Shown here piece by piece: positions 29,643 to 40,073 of a stretch of 64,000 nucleotides of DNA. Source of the stretch: Flavobacteriales bacterium (GTDB lineage: Bacteria > Bacteroidota > Bacteroidia > Palsa-965); NCBI GenBank assembly GCA_040377305.1, contig JBEIPA010000012.1:1-64000 (forward strand), written 5' to 3'. The position numbers and the translations under genes are program-made. Each line of letters opens with the position of its first letter. The stretch's first letter is position 1. Below the pieces are notes generated by a model. The model did no database searches, had not been told where the DNA came from, and saw only the letters and a list, made by a program, of their open reading frames with translations.

Positions 29643-30815
29643 TCATTTCCTCTTATCACACTTCCCCCATTCCTCAACCACCACCAACTCATTCTCTCCA
29701 ATAAAAGTTCTTAAATCTCTCACGAAAATATCCTGCTGACGATTGGTTTTACCTTTCAGCGCGATGCAGATATTTGTTTCGCCTTCGCGTCCCCAGTTTT
29801 TGTCTTCATACTCCACGTTCTGTTCTTTCAGCCAGTTCTCGAGACGTTCTTTTGCTTTCATGTCGATTCCTTCACCGTGACTGACGAATGAAACGACCAC
29901 ACGAGCCATGTTTGATGAATCGGTTTTCGGAGCATCGGGTGCTTCTGCAATAACCTGACTGCTGATTTCGTTGTGCGCGTGCGAATGTGTACACTCCTTG
30001 TTTTCGGTGACAAATGTCTTCGAGTTCGTTCCAACTGCAGCGCGGATATCATTCACAATGCGGGTTTGATCTGCTTTGCTTTTATCAGAGAGCTTGAAGC
30101 AATACGTCAATTCACCTTCACGTCCTTCCGGAGATTTTGAATATTTCACATCGGGATGTTTCGATAAATATTTTTCCAGATTCGCATGACCAACCTGATC
30201 AATTCCGTCTCCCGGACTTAGAAAAGAAACAACGAGTCGTGTTACGCTTGCCGAATCTGTTTTCGGAAGATATGGTGCTTCTTCAACGTCGGGCATTGTA
30301 ACAACATGCAATTCGTGTTTGTGTGTACAGACTTTATTTTCCTTCATCAACACTTTCGCATTCGAGCCCACCAACGTTTTTACGTCACTCACGGCTTTGT
30401 TCTGTGCTTCGGCTGTTGTTCCCAAAGAAATGAAACAATAGTCCACTTCACCTTCACGTCCCCATTGGTTCTGCGCGTATTTTATTTCCGGATGTTTCGA
30501 CAACCACTTGTCTAAGTTCGTTTGTGCTGCAATATCAATTCCACCACCGGTGCTGATGAAAGAAACAACCAGTCGCGTGCGAATGGAATCGGGTTTGCTA
30601 CCAACAATAATCATTGTATCCGGTGAATTCGTATTTCCGGTCGTCACGGTGCTGCCATTGCTGTTACTACCCGAAGAGTTGCCGTTGTTATTCGTGTTCG
30701 AATACCCATTCGGATCGGGCTGAGCAGGAGTATCACTCGACGTAGTGTGTTTCTGCGGACAAGCCATCAGGAATAAAGCGAGTGCGGGAATGAGAAGGAG
30801 TAGAGAGCGTTTCAT
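29643..30815 (-). CDS. Lipoprotein with three tandem copies of the GID...GREGE domain
   Basis: Lipobox LMAC; Asn/Ser-rich linker; three ~90-aa repeats. Confidence 0.8.
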   Translation of the reverse strand: MKRSLLLLIPALALFLMACPQKHTTSSDTPAQPDPNGYSNTNNNGNSSGSNSNGSTVTTGNTNSPDTMIIVGSKPDSIRTRLVVSFISTGGGIDIAAQTNLDKWLSKHPEIKYAQNQWGREGEVDYCFISLGTTAEAQNKAVSDVKTLVGSNAKVLMKENKVCTHKHELHVVTMPDVEEAPYLPKTDSASVTRLVVSFLSPGDGIDQVGHANLEKYLSKHPDVKYSKSPEGREGELTYCFKLSDKSKADQTRIVNDIRAAVGTNSKTFVTENKECTHSHAHNEISSQVIAEAPDAPKTDSSNMARVVVSFVSHGEGIDMKAKERLENWLKEQNVEYEDKNWGREGETNICIALKGKTNRQQDIFVRDLRTFIGENELVVVEEWGKCDKRK

Positions 30816-31068
30816 AGGGTAAATGTATTGGTTACGGGAGATATTGCCTAAAGTGTGCCAGAAGAGTTGGGAGTCCGGAGATGGGAGACGGGAGTAGGTA
30901 GGTGGTGTGATCAGTCAAACAAGTGGAAATTTGAATATTCGAAAATTTGAAGATTCGATAAAGACTTTAACGTTTACACTTTAAATAGTAGAATTATTCG
31001 TAGTAGTTTCAATTCCACTTAATCCAAATTCTCATGGTCCGGAATTGTATCGCTATCATCGGAAAATA

Positions 31069-31914
31069 ATGCAAACAACTGAATTCAGAACCCTCCGCGG
31101 AATTGACGAGAACGAACTGCTTCGTGCGTTCAACGAATCGTTTGCGAACTATTTCGTGACTGTCCAACTCACGCTTCAAGACCTGCGTGAAATGATCTCC
31201 GCCGATCACATCGATTTGGAATTATCGGCAGGCGCTTTTGCAGATAACAAGCTCGTCGGATTTATTCTTCACGCGTTTGATTGCATAGACGGAAAGAATA
31301 CCGCTTACAATGCAGGCACCGGTGTTATTCCCGATCAGCGCGGAAAAGGAATTACGAAGCAGATGTACGATTTCATTCTGCCCGCACTACAAGAACGAAA
31401 GATCGACGTCGTTCAGCTCGAAGTAATTGCTCAGAACGCACCCGCAATAAAAATTTACGAATCAATTGGTTTCACTGCCGAACGTCGTTTGCCTTGTTAC
31501 CGCGGAAAAATTACTGCGCAAGCAAACAGCGAAGTGACCATCAATGAGCTTTCGCATTACGATTGGCCTCTGCTTAGATCGTTCTGGAATTTCTCTCCCA
31601 CCTGGCAGAATTCTGTGCTCGTACTGAATGAGCTGAAGTCAACCAACAAATTGTTTGGTGCATTTCTCGCTGAGGAATTAGTTGGTTATCTCGTTTACAA
31701 TCCGCACAGCAAACGCATACAGCAGTTCGCAGTTCATCCGGATTTTCGAAGGAGGAAAGTCGCTTCTACTTTGTTCGCGCACGTGAGCACAAAGCAGGAA
31801 GAAGCGTTTAAGGTGATTAATGTTGATGGAGGAGATGAGGGAGTGAATGCGTTTTTGAGGAGAGTGGGGATGGAGGGGTATGTGGAGCAGGTGGGGATGC
31901 AATTAAAAATTTGA
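31069..31914 (+). CDS. Tandem-GNAT acetyltransferase
   Basis: TGVIPDQRGKGI, N.PAIKIYESIGF and AVHPDFRRRKVAS. Confidence 0.88.
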   Translation: MQTTEFRTLRGIDENELLRAFNESFANYFVTVQLTLQDLREMISADHIDLELSAGAFADNKLVGFILHAFDCIDGKNTAYNAGTGVIPDQRGKGITKQMYDFILPALQERKIDVVQLEVIAQNAPAIKIYESIGFTAERRLPCYRGKITAQANSEVTINELSHYDWPLLRSFWNFSPTWQNSVLVLNELKSTNKLFGAFLAEELVGYLVYNPHSKRIQQFAVHPDFRRRKVASTLFAHVSTKQEEAFKVINVDGGDEGVNAFLRRVGMEGYVEQVGMQLKI

Positions 31915-32307
31915 GATTTAAGGATTCGAGGATTTGAAGATTCGATATGCACCGGATGTCTGGCCAGAAATTGGAACAACGCTGCAAGAGTTAAACGCTT
32001 GCAGGGTTATGCGCGCGCGAGGATATGAAAGCTTCCTATAAGCTTCAGCTATTGAAAGAACAAATACCGCTTACTCCACTATGGACGCGAAGAACCGTCG
32101 ATGGCATACATTCTTCCGTAAATCTGAATACGTAAGATCCACTTAAAATCTCAACCCCTTTTTAGTCTTCACGTCTGCTTGTACGGTAACATGAGAGTTC
32201 ACGAAGCATCCATGTAACCAACGGTCGTATTGGCGTAAGGAGTGGAGTGAGAACACGAGGAATAGCGGTGTGCAGGGACTATTTTTATTCTGATAAAACC
32301 CCGCACC

Positions 32308-33225
32308 ATGAAGCTCATTAAATTCACAGGCCTCGTCCTCTGCGCGATTGTTGCGTTGGTAGTTGTGTTCTTCTCTTCACAAGCATTCGAAGAACCCAGG
32401 TTGAATAAGAGATTTCAGGCGTTTGATGTTCCTCCAATCTTTCTTCGCAATGTGTCGTACGGCAGCGATCCGTCACAAACAATGGATATTTATCTGCCGA
32501 AACAGTGGGACACAACCACTCCGGTGATTTTGGTAATTCATGGAGGTGGATGGGTGAGCGGAGATAAAGACGATGCGCACGGATTGTTAGTCATGTTTGC
32601 ACAGCAATATCCGGAATGTGCGGTTGTAAATCTGAATTATCGTCTGTCGATGGAAGGCAGTCCCGCGTTTCCTAAGCAGCCCCAGGATATCGCAGCTGCG
32701 GTGAAGAAGTTGCGGGCAGAGTACAACTTATCTCAGAAGTACTTCGTGTTTGGTTCATCAGCAGGAGGATTTCTGGCAATGATGTACGCGTATGCTTTCG
32801 ACAGCACGAATCTTGTTCAGGGCGTATTCAGCAGTGTAGGCTTGTGCGATTTGACTGATTCTAAATTTCAGAGTGGATCGAGTCGTATGTATGCGGAAGT
32901 AATCGTTGGTCCCGGATCTTTTACAAAAGACACTGCGAAGTACATTGAAGCCAGTCCGGTGAATTACATCGATGAAGAAACACCACCTACGATTGCATTT
33001 TACGGTGAAGATGACTCGCTCGTTCCGGTTTCTCAAAAGGAGATTCTCGAAGAAGAATTGGAAACACATGGAGTGCCGAATGTGGTTGTTTCTTACAAAG
33101 GTGCTGGTCACCGCTGGAATCAGGAAGCTCTGGAAGACTGCAAAATGCGCTTGTTCAAGTTCGTTGAGAAGAGTCTTTATCTGAAGAAAGTTTCTCAGAG
33201 TGCGCAGGATTTGAAACGAAGGTAA
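32308..33225 (+). CDS. Alpha/beta hydrolase (esterase/lipase)
   Basis: IHGGGW, NYRL, GSSAGG, catalytic D and H. Confidence 0.88.
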   Translation: MKLIKFTGLVLCAIVALVVVFFSSQAFEEPRLNKRFQAFDVPPIFLRNVSYGSDPSQTMDIYLPKQWDTTTPVILVIHGGGWVSGDKDDAHGLLVMFAQQYPECAVVNLNYRLSMEGSPAFPKQPQDIAAAVKKLRAEYNLSQKYFVFGSSAGGFLAMMYAYAFDSTNLVQGVFSSVGLCDLTDSKFQSGSSRMYAEVIVGPGSFTKDTAKYIEASPVNYIDEETPPTIAFYGEDDSLVPVSQKEILEEELETHGVPNVVVSYKGAGHRWNQEALEDCKMRLFKFVEKSLYLKKVSQSAQDLKRR

Positions 33226-33409
33226 TATCAACTATAGCGTGTACGTTGAAAATGAAATGAGGGTCAACATGCTTGCCACGTGACTCCGAAATGATGTGCC
33301 GATATGCTGATATGCCGATTTGCAGACGGTAGGTGTGAGCAGCGGATGGTCAAAAAGACTTCACATTTTTTAGGTTGCCTTGGAATTTGTTTCCTGATAC
33401 CTTGCTGCA

Positions 33410-33865
33410 ATGAATGTTTGGAAAGTAATCAGGTGGACACTATTCTGGATCGGAATGTTTGTCGGATTCATAGTACTTTTCACATACACTTTCGGACAGT
33501 GGCTGCCTGTTGAATTTGTTGATTGGAAGCCCAAAAGAATATACTACGACACGTTAACAGATTTAACTCCGTTCGTTGTGTTGTCAATTCTGTTGGTCAC
33601 GCTGAAAAAGGAACAAACTGGTGGATTTAAGATCGGACTTGTTACTGCGATTGTTGCAGCTGCTCCAGTCGTAATGTTCATTGTTGGAGCAATGAATTTT
33701 GGTCACAATTTCTGTGGGTGGGCAGATTCTGAGGTCATTGAAAGTGGCTCGGATTACAGAATTGTAGAGCAGTATGAAGATTGTGGAATAGCATCCGGAG
33801 GAAGTCGCACAGTAAGAATTGAGCCCTTGTTCGGTTATTGGCAAATTGTCGCTGAAGTTCGTTAG
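33410..33865 (+). CDS. Membrane protein
   Basis: Three TM segments. Confidence 0.6.
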   Translation: MNVWKVIRWTLFWIGMFVGFIVLFTYTFGQWLPVEFVDWKPKRIYYDTLTDLTPFVVLSILLVTLKKEQTGGFKIGLVTAIVAAAPVVMFIVGAMNFGHNFCGWADSEVIESGSDYRIVEQYEDCGIASGGSRTVRIEPLFGYWQIVAEVR

Positions 33866-33895
33866 TGTGAATATGATATTTCATAACTTCATTCG

Positions 33896-34273
33896 ATGAA
33901 CACAATCGGCTATTTTGAAATTCAATCCTCTTTTCCTTCCCGCGAAGTTGCTTTCTATTCTGCAGTATTCGGATGGAAATTCACGCGCGATGAAAATATT
34001 GCACTGGAATATTTTCGCATTGAAACGAAAACGATCAATGGCGGTTTATTGAAAAGACCAGCTCCGATTCCAAAAGAAGGAATGGGAACAAATGCATTTG
34101 TAAATTCTGTACAGGTAGAAAATTTCGATCTTACATTTAACCTGATTCTCGGTAACGGCGGATCCATCGCAATGCCGAAGTTTGCTATCCCGGGAAAATG
34201 CTGGCAAGGCTATTTTATGGATGCGGATAATAATACGTTCGGGATTTTTGAGGTGGATGAGAATGCGAAGTAA
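33896..34273 (+). CDS. VOC/glyoxalase family protein
   Basis: YFEI, FYSAVFGWKF, INGGL and F.D.DNN.FG. Confidence 0.88.
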   Translation: MNTIGYFEIQSSFPSREVAFYSAVFGWKFTRDENIALEYFRIETKTINGGLLKRPAPIPKEGMGTNAFVNSVQVENFDLTFNLILGNGGSIAMPKFAIPGKCWQGYFMDADNNTFGIFEVDENAK

Positions 34274-34294
34274 CTTGGATTTATATTTTTCAAT

Positions 34295-35419
34295 ATGAAG
34301 AAATTACTATTCCTCGCCCTTGTTTCGTTATTGTATGAACCAGTAATTGCGCAGTGCGTTCCATCTTTCTCTTATTCAGGTTCAACAGACACTATTTCAT
34401 TTATGAATAGTTCTGTAGTGTCTGATGCGCATTATTATTGGGACTTCGGTGATGGCTCCGGATCCACAGTAGTTAGTCCCCTTCATATTTTTCCCGATGA
34501 TGGAGAGTATCTCGTCACGCTTTATGTTCTTGATACGATTACCGGGTGTTCCGATTATTCTCAAAGCCGAATCAGTGTTGTCAAGCCGGACACGAGCACG
34601 TGTGATTTGCAGTTCAGCTATGTTATACAATCGTGCATTACGGATAGCTGCTTGTACATGACGGATTCATCTACGAATTGTGGTTGGACTTATAGAAATT
34701 TTGATGGAGGACCAGGACTGAATCACAATAACGTCTGGCTAGGAGGTGGTTGGGTGTCGGCTGTATTCCTAGCTCGGGAACAAGCGTACGTTATAGACAC
34801 AGCGAGCAATAGTTACCTATTGAAAGAATATTATCAGACGGTTCCCTTTGCTTTCAGTCCCACAGTGAATTACCAGCCTTGTTCAGCGAACTTCGAAATT
34901 GAACTGACTTACTTGTGGAACGGTGCAATAGCAACTTTCACCGCTATGAACCGGTTTGCCACATCTTATCAGTGGGAAGTAATAGGTTTTGGAAATCCGA
35001 TTTATTCAAGCACTAATGTCATTTCACAATTTTATCCCTACCAACCGGGCGAGCAAGCGTTTCCGTGGCTCGTGGTCTTAAGAACAAATGACACTATCAA
35101 CGACTGCGGCGAAACTTTCACGAGACATGTTCTCATCCGGGATCCGTATTTCAATATTTCTACGGGAATTGAGGAAAGAACATCACCAGGACTAAACTGT
35201 TATCCAAACCCAACAACAGACATCTTAAATGTCAGTTTGCCTGGATCAAGTGGAATTAAAACCATCACCGTGATTGACGTGGTTGGTCATGAAGTGCATG
35301 GAACGACAACTGTACAGAACGAATTTAAACTTGATGTGAATGCACTGGCTCCTGGTTTATATTTGATTCAGGTAATTGATGGAGATAAAATTTACCATTC
35401 CCAATTCATTCGGCAATAG
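34295..35419 (+). CDS. PKD-domain T9SS-secreted protein
   Basis: YYWDFGDG; YPNPT..LAPGLYLI CTD. Confidence 0.85.
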   Translation: MKKLLFLALVSLLYEPVIAQCVPSFSYSGSTDTISFMNSSVVSDAHYYWDFGDGSGSTVVSPLHIFPDDGEYLVTLYVLDTITGCSDYSQSRISVVKPDTSTCDLQFSYVIQSCITDSCLYMTDSSTNCGWTYRNFDGGPGLNHNNVWLGGGWVSAVFLAREQAYVIDTASNSYLLKEYYQTVPFAFSPTVNYQPCSANFEIELTYLWNGAIATFTAMNRFATSYQWEVIGFGNPIYSSTNVISQFYPYQPGEQAFPWLVVLRTNDTINDCGETFTRHVLIRDPYFNISTGIEERTSPGLNCYPNPTTDILNVSLPGSSGIKTITVIDVVGHEVHGTTTVQNEFKLDVNALAPGLYLIQVIDGDKIYHSQFIRQ

Positions 35420-35469
35420 CCCCTATACGACCATCGTCCGAAGAAATTATTTGAAGGCTAACTTACATT

Positions 35470-35931
35470 ATGAAAAAATCCATCCTCCTTTATTCTTCCC
35501 TGATCCTCCTCTCAACTTCCTGCGGAGAAACCTATCAACCCAATGCAGACTCTGTACCAGTTGCAAAAGAAGTCACTGCAAATGATCAACCTTCGGAACC
35601 CGTAGCTATGAGCGATCCCAAAGTATTCTACTACGACTATGTCGGACAACGCGGTGCAGAGGAAGCACTCGTGATGAGCAAAGAAGATGCGCTTACTGAA
35701 ATGAAAAATCTGCCGGAAGAAGATGGTAACTTTTTTGGTCTCGAATTGAGCGACGGCAAAATCGTTCAGTTCATGTACGATGAAAAGAAAGCAACCTGGT
35801 TCCTCGATATTCCAAATCCGGTGACGCAGGATTCGTACAATGCAGATGTAACACGTGACGATGTGCTAAAAATCATCAGCGATGTTTATGACGGGAAGAA
35901 TGCTGATGATGTAACGGCAGCTTATAAATAA
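35470..35931 (+). CDS. Hypothetical lipoprotein
   Basis: Lipobox STSC. Confidence 0.7.
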   Translation: MKKSILLYSSLILLSTSCGETYQPNADSVPVAKEVTANDQPSEPVAMSDPKVFYYDYVGQRGAEEALVMSKEDALTEMKNLPEEDGNFFGLELSDGKIVQFMYDEKKATWFLDIPNPVTQDSYNADVTRDDVLKIISDVYDGKNADDVTAAYK

Positions 35932-36204
35932 GCTTTGCGTTCCTTTGCGGCTTGGCGCCTTTGTAGTTAAATGTCAACTGTTTTTTAGGGCAGGTACCGC
36001 AGTAACATACACACAGTCGTCGGCAACTTACTGCAACGGCTCCGGAAATATCTTTGGGGCATTATGATGATACTCGTGCCCACATTTGCTCTTCTGGGCA
36101 AAACTGTGTCATTCTCTCCACGATAAATCTTTACTTAGCAAAAAATAGTTCTTCACGGTTTCACAACATGGGTATAATTTTGTCGGATAAACAAAAACAA
36201 ACCC

Positions 36205-36726
36205 ATGAAGGCAATAATTTTCACGATCTGTTGTTCCGCTGTGCTGATTGCATGCAACAACAAGAAAGATTACGGTAGGTATAATACTGCAGTCGATAAT
36301 GCAAGAACGTACTTCAACACGGAGCGCGGTGATGATGCTGAGTACGAAGAAATATCATGGAGCGCACCGGAACCACGCAAAGTCGAGTGGAAGACATCGG
36401 ATCGCTACAAATTGTATCAGGATACAATCGTGATGATGCAGGAACAGTTGCGCATCATGAACGACAGCCTTGAGATCGAAATGCAAATGAACGGGGCAGA
36501 AACACCGTATTATAATTCCCTGCGGATGCGTCGCGATGGCTACCAGATGTACTACACCACGTACAACAATGAAGTGGAAAGAATGAAAGCGTATGATAAT
36601 AATCCGGAGTATCGCGGCTATTCAATCTATCACGAATACAATATGGATGGATCGCCGAAACACGTGCGCATCATTTTCGATGACACCACCACATGGCATG
36701 CGACTGAAGTTATCTACGAAGAATAA
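36205..36726 (+). CDS. Hypothetical lipoprotein
   Basis: Lipobox LIAC. Confidence 0.7.
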   Translation: MKAIIFTICCSAVLIACNNKKDYGRYNTAVDNARTYFNTERGDDAEYEEISWSAPEPRKVEWKTSDRYKLYQDTIVMMQEQLRIMNDSLEIEMQMNGAETPYYNSLRMRRDGYQMYYTTYNNEVERMKAYDNNPEYRGYSIYHEYNMDGSPKHVRIIFDDTTTWHATEVIYEE

Positions 36727-36727
36727 A

Positions 36728-36869
36728 CACATAGTAACATAGACCGTCGTTTTCTGGTTGGGCGAAAGGAATACATAGTCCACAGGAGGATATCGCTTTA
36801 CGCGATATTCTCTTGTGAACTATGATCGCGTAGCGCCTTAGCACTCAACGAAAACTATGTTCCTATGTG
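36728..36869. repeat. ~140-bp nested palindrome (REP/MITE-like) between convergent genes
   Basis: cacatagtaacatag...ctatgttcctatgtg ends; inner catagtccacaggaggatatcgc / gcgatattctcttgtgaactatg. Confidence 0.7.
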
Positions 36870-36870
36870 G

Positions 36871-37680
36871 TTACGGTTCGAAGTCGACATGAAAATGATC
36901 ATCATGTTGCTTGTCCGTGAGCTCAGGTAAATTCATTGCAAAGTATATTCCTTTTGCTTTTACTTTCTTGCCGGTTTTGGTTGCATAAAATTCCGGCTTG
37001 AGTGAAAGCATGAGGATTACTTTTTTTACACGTAACCCTTGCGTGCGCGCGTGCTTCTCCAGAGAAAGTATCTGCTGGCCCAGAAGCGTGAAATCAATTT
37101 CAATGGTGGAGTCTGTTTTTAATCGACCCTTGTCATCAAACTGCAGGCGATAGTGCATTCCACCAATTGTATCGAGACCATAATACGGAACGGAATCTTT
37201 CAGAAGCGGAACCATCAGATCAATACTTCTTCCATTCTGATGTGTGCGGTGACCGGGAATTGGTCCGCCGGTTTTTAATCCGGTTTCCATGTACGTAAAT
37301 ATTCTTCCCGGCGCAGTCGTTTCTAATTCTGCATACGACAGTTCGAGCGTGTTTCGCATCTTGTCGCTCATGTACGCGTGTCCCCACACATAACTCATCG
37401 TGTCGAAGTAGCGATAGTTTTTTCCGGAGAAGGGTAGAAGCTTCGCATGTTCGAGCGTTCCACCTGCTTCTGTACCTGTACACACGCTGGGGAGCGAATC
37501 GCCTTTGTGATTGTTGTAGTAAATCTCGACGGGAGAAAGTCCTGGTTGTTGTGTCGTGGTCTCTGTCCCGGCATGCGTCAGTTCTGCGACTACGAGACCA
37601 CAACCAGAGAGTGTTTCCGGATTATTCGTGAACAACAAGAATCCACTGGCGAAAAAGAGGGCGAGCTTGGTCATCATCAA
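36871..37680 (-). CDS. MepA-like (penicillin-insensitive) murein endopeptidase
   Basis: GHRTHQNGRSIDL and HDDHFHVDF zinc-ligand motifs. Confidence 0.75.
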   Translation of the reverse strand: MMMTKLALFFASGFLLFTNNPETLSGCGLVVAELTHAGTETTTQQPGLSPVEIYYNNHKGDSLPSVCTGTEAGGTLEHAKLLPFSGKNYRYFDTMSYVWGHAYMSDKMRNTLELSYAELETTAPGRIFTYMETGLKTGGPIPGHRTHQNGRSIDLMVPLLKDSVPYYGLDTIGGMHYRLQFDDKGRLKTDSTIEIDFTLLGQQILSLEKHARTQGLRVKKVILMLSLKPEFYATKTGKKVKAKGIYFAMNLPELTDKQHDDHFHVDFEP

Positions 37681-37841
37681 AGAGGTTTTGAAAATGAAAG
37701 CTAGTGCGGGAAGTGCGTGAAGAAATGTTAAATGGAACTATCCGTTAATTAGAACTTTCAAGTGGTTGCTTCGACACCACAATTGGAAATCAAGGAAGTT
37801 CAACGCACGTGTTAAAAGCAGGATCGCACCAGAATCGTGAT

Positions 37842-39401
37842 CTAGTACTTCACCCAGCGTACACAGCTAGTACTGAAACCCGATGTTACATTGATGAAAT
37901 ACACGCCAGCTGGCCATGCAGAAGCGTCGTATACAATTGTATTCTGATTGCCTCCGGTGTATTCAATCGTGAAACAATCGACTTGCTGACCGAACGCATT
38001 GTAAATTTCAATACTGCTTGTCGCGTTAGTCTCTGTCGTGTATTGAATGTTCAGTACATCACTTCCGGGATTTGGAAAAAGTGTACAATTCAAATCTCCG
38101 GATGATGGGCTCTGAACTGTCAGCAGATTCTCCGACGCTTCCAGATACAATCCCATCGTGTACACATCGAGATAATCGCCACTGCTGGAAACAACGTTGT
38201 TGATGTATTGACCAATCAGATTCGTTAGTGAATCATGCAAAGTCTGAGGAACAATACTCGTGTCGAGACGCCATGCCCGCAACAATCCATCGAAACCGGT
38301 TGATGCATCGCAAGCACTTTCATAAACAATGAAATTGCGTAATGCGGAACACAACATATGAGTAAGCGTATCCTGCCATTGATTGTTCGGATCGGCGTAC
38401 ATCAGTGTTGCAGAAACGTTGTGGATAATGATGCTGTGATAAACCGAACGTGCATTGTGACCATCCATCCAACGTCCGTTAACGAGTTGTCCGGGAAGTA
38501 CGGAATATCTCAGAATTGTATCGGCATTCATCGTCCAGTCGGAATTGCCGGGTGCCAATGCATATCCAAACGCCAATCCGTAAGTCTGAAACGAATTGTA
38601 ATTGTAGTTGGTGTTCATGCGCAGTGTGTCCATGTACGCAGCAGTTTTCAGTGCAGCATTACGGTAGTTCGTATCGCCGGTGAACAGAAATGCTTCTGCG
38701 AATGCACCGCCGATCACTCCTGCATCGAATTTAAATTCACCGGTACCCGAATCATCAATGATCCATCCGTTAACGAGTACATTCACCGAATCACTTCCCA
38801 GACTCTGCATGTAATTGTTGATGATGGGCGTGTACACCGGATCGTTGTAGGTGCGCAAATCCGGAAACGGAAAAGCACCATTGGCAAGCTGCAAGGTTAG
38901 AAGAGAATCGAGTCCATCGGTTGCCCACTGCAGGTATAAATTCCGACGCGCCAAATCTGTTTCTGCAAGTGCAATGCGGATTAACCCAATACTTATCTCA
39001 GCACCCGCACGTAGAGGAACTGAATGAGGAAGATATGCTGGCGGTAATTCGCCCTTGCAGATTCTCCACGTTTGCGTGTATGCAAGGCTGTCGGCCGAAA
39101 TAAGGGCGCGTGAAACCAGCAGCGCATTTGACAATGGCAACCAGGTTGTATTGGTATTGAGCGGCGAATAATTTTCCGCAGCTTCCGGTTGACCCGCTTC
39201 AGTACCTAATACAATTCTGGCCTGATTACTCAACGAATCAATCTGCACCAGATTCTTGTTGTAGAGTGCTGTTTGAATTGCAGCAGTCAACATAGACATT
39301 TGTGAATTCTGCGTGCTGTTCAGAACCTGAACTTCGTTGCATTGCGCACACAGTTGAACTGAAAGTGCGAGTCCGAGAATGGTGAATAGGGTTTGTTTCA
39401 T
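37842..39401 (-). CDS. T9SS-secreted protein with a helical (alpha/alpha-barrel-like) domain
   Basis: Signal peptide; LQLANGAF and GQLVNGRW repeats; FPNP..AGVYFI CTD. Confidence 0.75.
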   Translation of the reverse strand: MKQTLFTILGLALSVQLCAQCNEVQVLNSTQNSQMSMLTAAIQTALYNKNLVQIDSLSNQARIVLGTEAGQPEAAENYSPLNTNTTWLPLSNALLVSRALISADSLAYTQTWRICKGELPPAYLPHSVPLRAGAEISIGLIRIALAETDLARRNLYLQWATDGLDSLLTLQLANGAFPFPDLRTYNDPVYTPIINNYMQSLGSDSVNVLVNGWIIDDSGTGEFKFDAGVIGGAFAEAFLFTGDTNYRNAALKTAAYMDTLRMNTNYNYNSFQTYGLAFGYALAPGNSDWTMNADTILRYSVLPGQLVNGRWMDGHNARSVYHSIIIHNVSATLMYADPNNQWQDTLTHMLCSALRNFIVYESACDASTGFDGLLRAWRLDTSIVPQTLHDSLTNLIGQYINNVVSSSGDYLDVYTMGLYLEASENLLTVQSPSSGDLNCTLFPNPGSDVLNIQYTTETNATSSIEIYNAFGQQVDCFTIEYTGGNQNTIVYDASAWPAGVYFINVTSGFSTSCVRWVKY

Positions 39402-39441
39402 GTGCAGCGACTGAATAACAAGATTAACAATGTACTCGCTT

Positions 39442-39855
39442 CTAATCCTTCTTCCTTAAAAACGAAACGAAGACACAAAGCCAACCCGCAATAAACAACA
39501 ACCCACCAAGCGGTGTAATCGGTCCAAGAAAACCTGCATTAAATCCGGTAATGTTTCTCGTTGAAAGAAAATAGATTGATCCGGAAAAGAACAGAACGCC
39601 AATAATGAACAACCACATGGCTGACTTTAAGAGTTTCGTTTCACCAAATACTTTTGCGAGAATCCCGATTGCAATCAGCGCGAAGGCATGATACATCTGG
39701 TAACGCGATCCGGTATCCCAGGAGTTCAGTTGCACATCAGTCAGTTGTCCGCCTTCTTTCAAGGCATGTGCGCCCATTGCACCGAGTATAACAGCGAGTG
39801 CGGCGAAGATGGAACCGGTGAGAATAGATTTTCTGATCATGAGATAAAGGTACAA
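39442..39855 (-). CDS. DUF423 membrane protein
   Basis: GAMGAHAL, YQMYHA, LFFSGSIY and GPITPLGG. Confidence 0.9.
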   Translation of the reverse strand: MYLYLMIRKSILTGSIFAALAVILGAMGAHALKEGGQLTDVQLNSWDTGSRYQMYHAFALIAIGILAKVFGETKLLKSAMWLFIIGVLFFSGSIYFLSTRNITGFNAGFLGPITPLGGLLFIAGWLCVFVSFLRKKD

Positions 39856-39997
39856 TTGTCAGCCCTCGGTACGTCCGGGATGTATCTGAAAATTCAATGG
39901 AGGCGACTACTCGGCCTGACAATTGAGTTCTTGTCAGACCGAGTAACCTCCACCATCTTGCGTGCATGAATTTTTTAGGTGTACCGAGGGATGGCAG
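39856..39997. repeat. ~140-bp rod-like imperfect palindrome in a divergent intergenic region
   Basis: Nested stems ccctcggtac/gtaccgaggg, tggagg/cctcca and tactcggcctgacaa/ttgtcagaccgagta. Confidence 0.7.
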
Positions 39998-40073
39998 GAA
40001 CATTCTCCGCAAAAGGAGCGACATTCACCGATTTCGAGGCAACCATTGACACCGAAAGTCTATCTTGTGAATA

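Noticed and set aside
31975-32012. AAC...GTT hairpin (aacgctgcaag...cttgcagggtt) as an isolated attC
   Set aside because: Too short, lacks the GTTTT bulge and G.G architecture, and has no matching cassette end.
32308-36726. Run of small plus-strand genes as a second cassette array
   Set aside because: No TAAC...GTTA hairpin repeats found between them.
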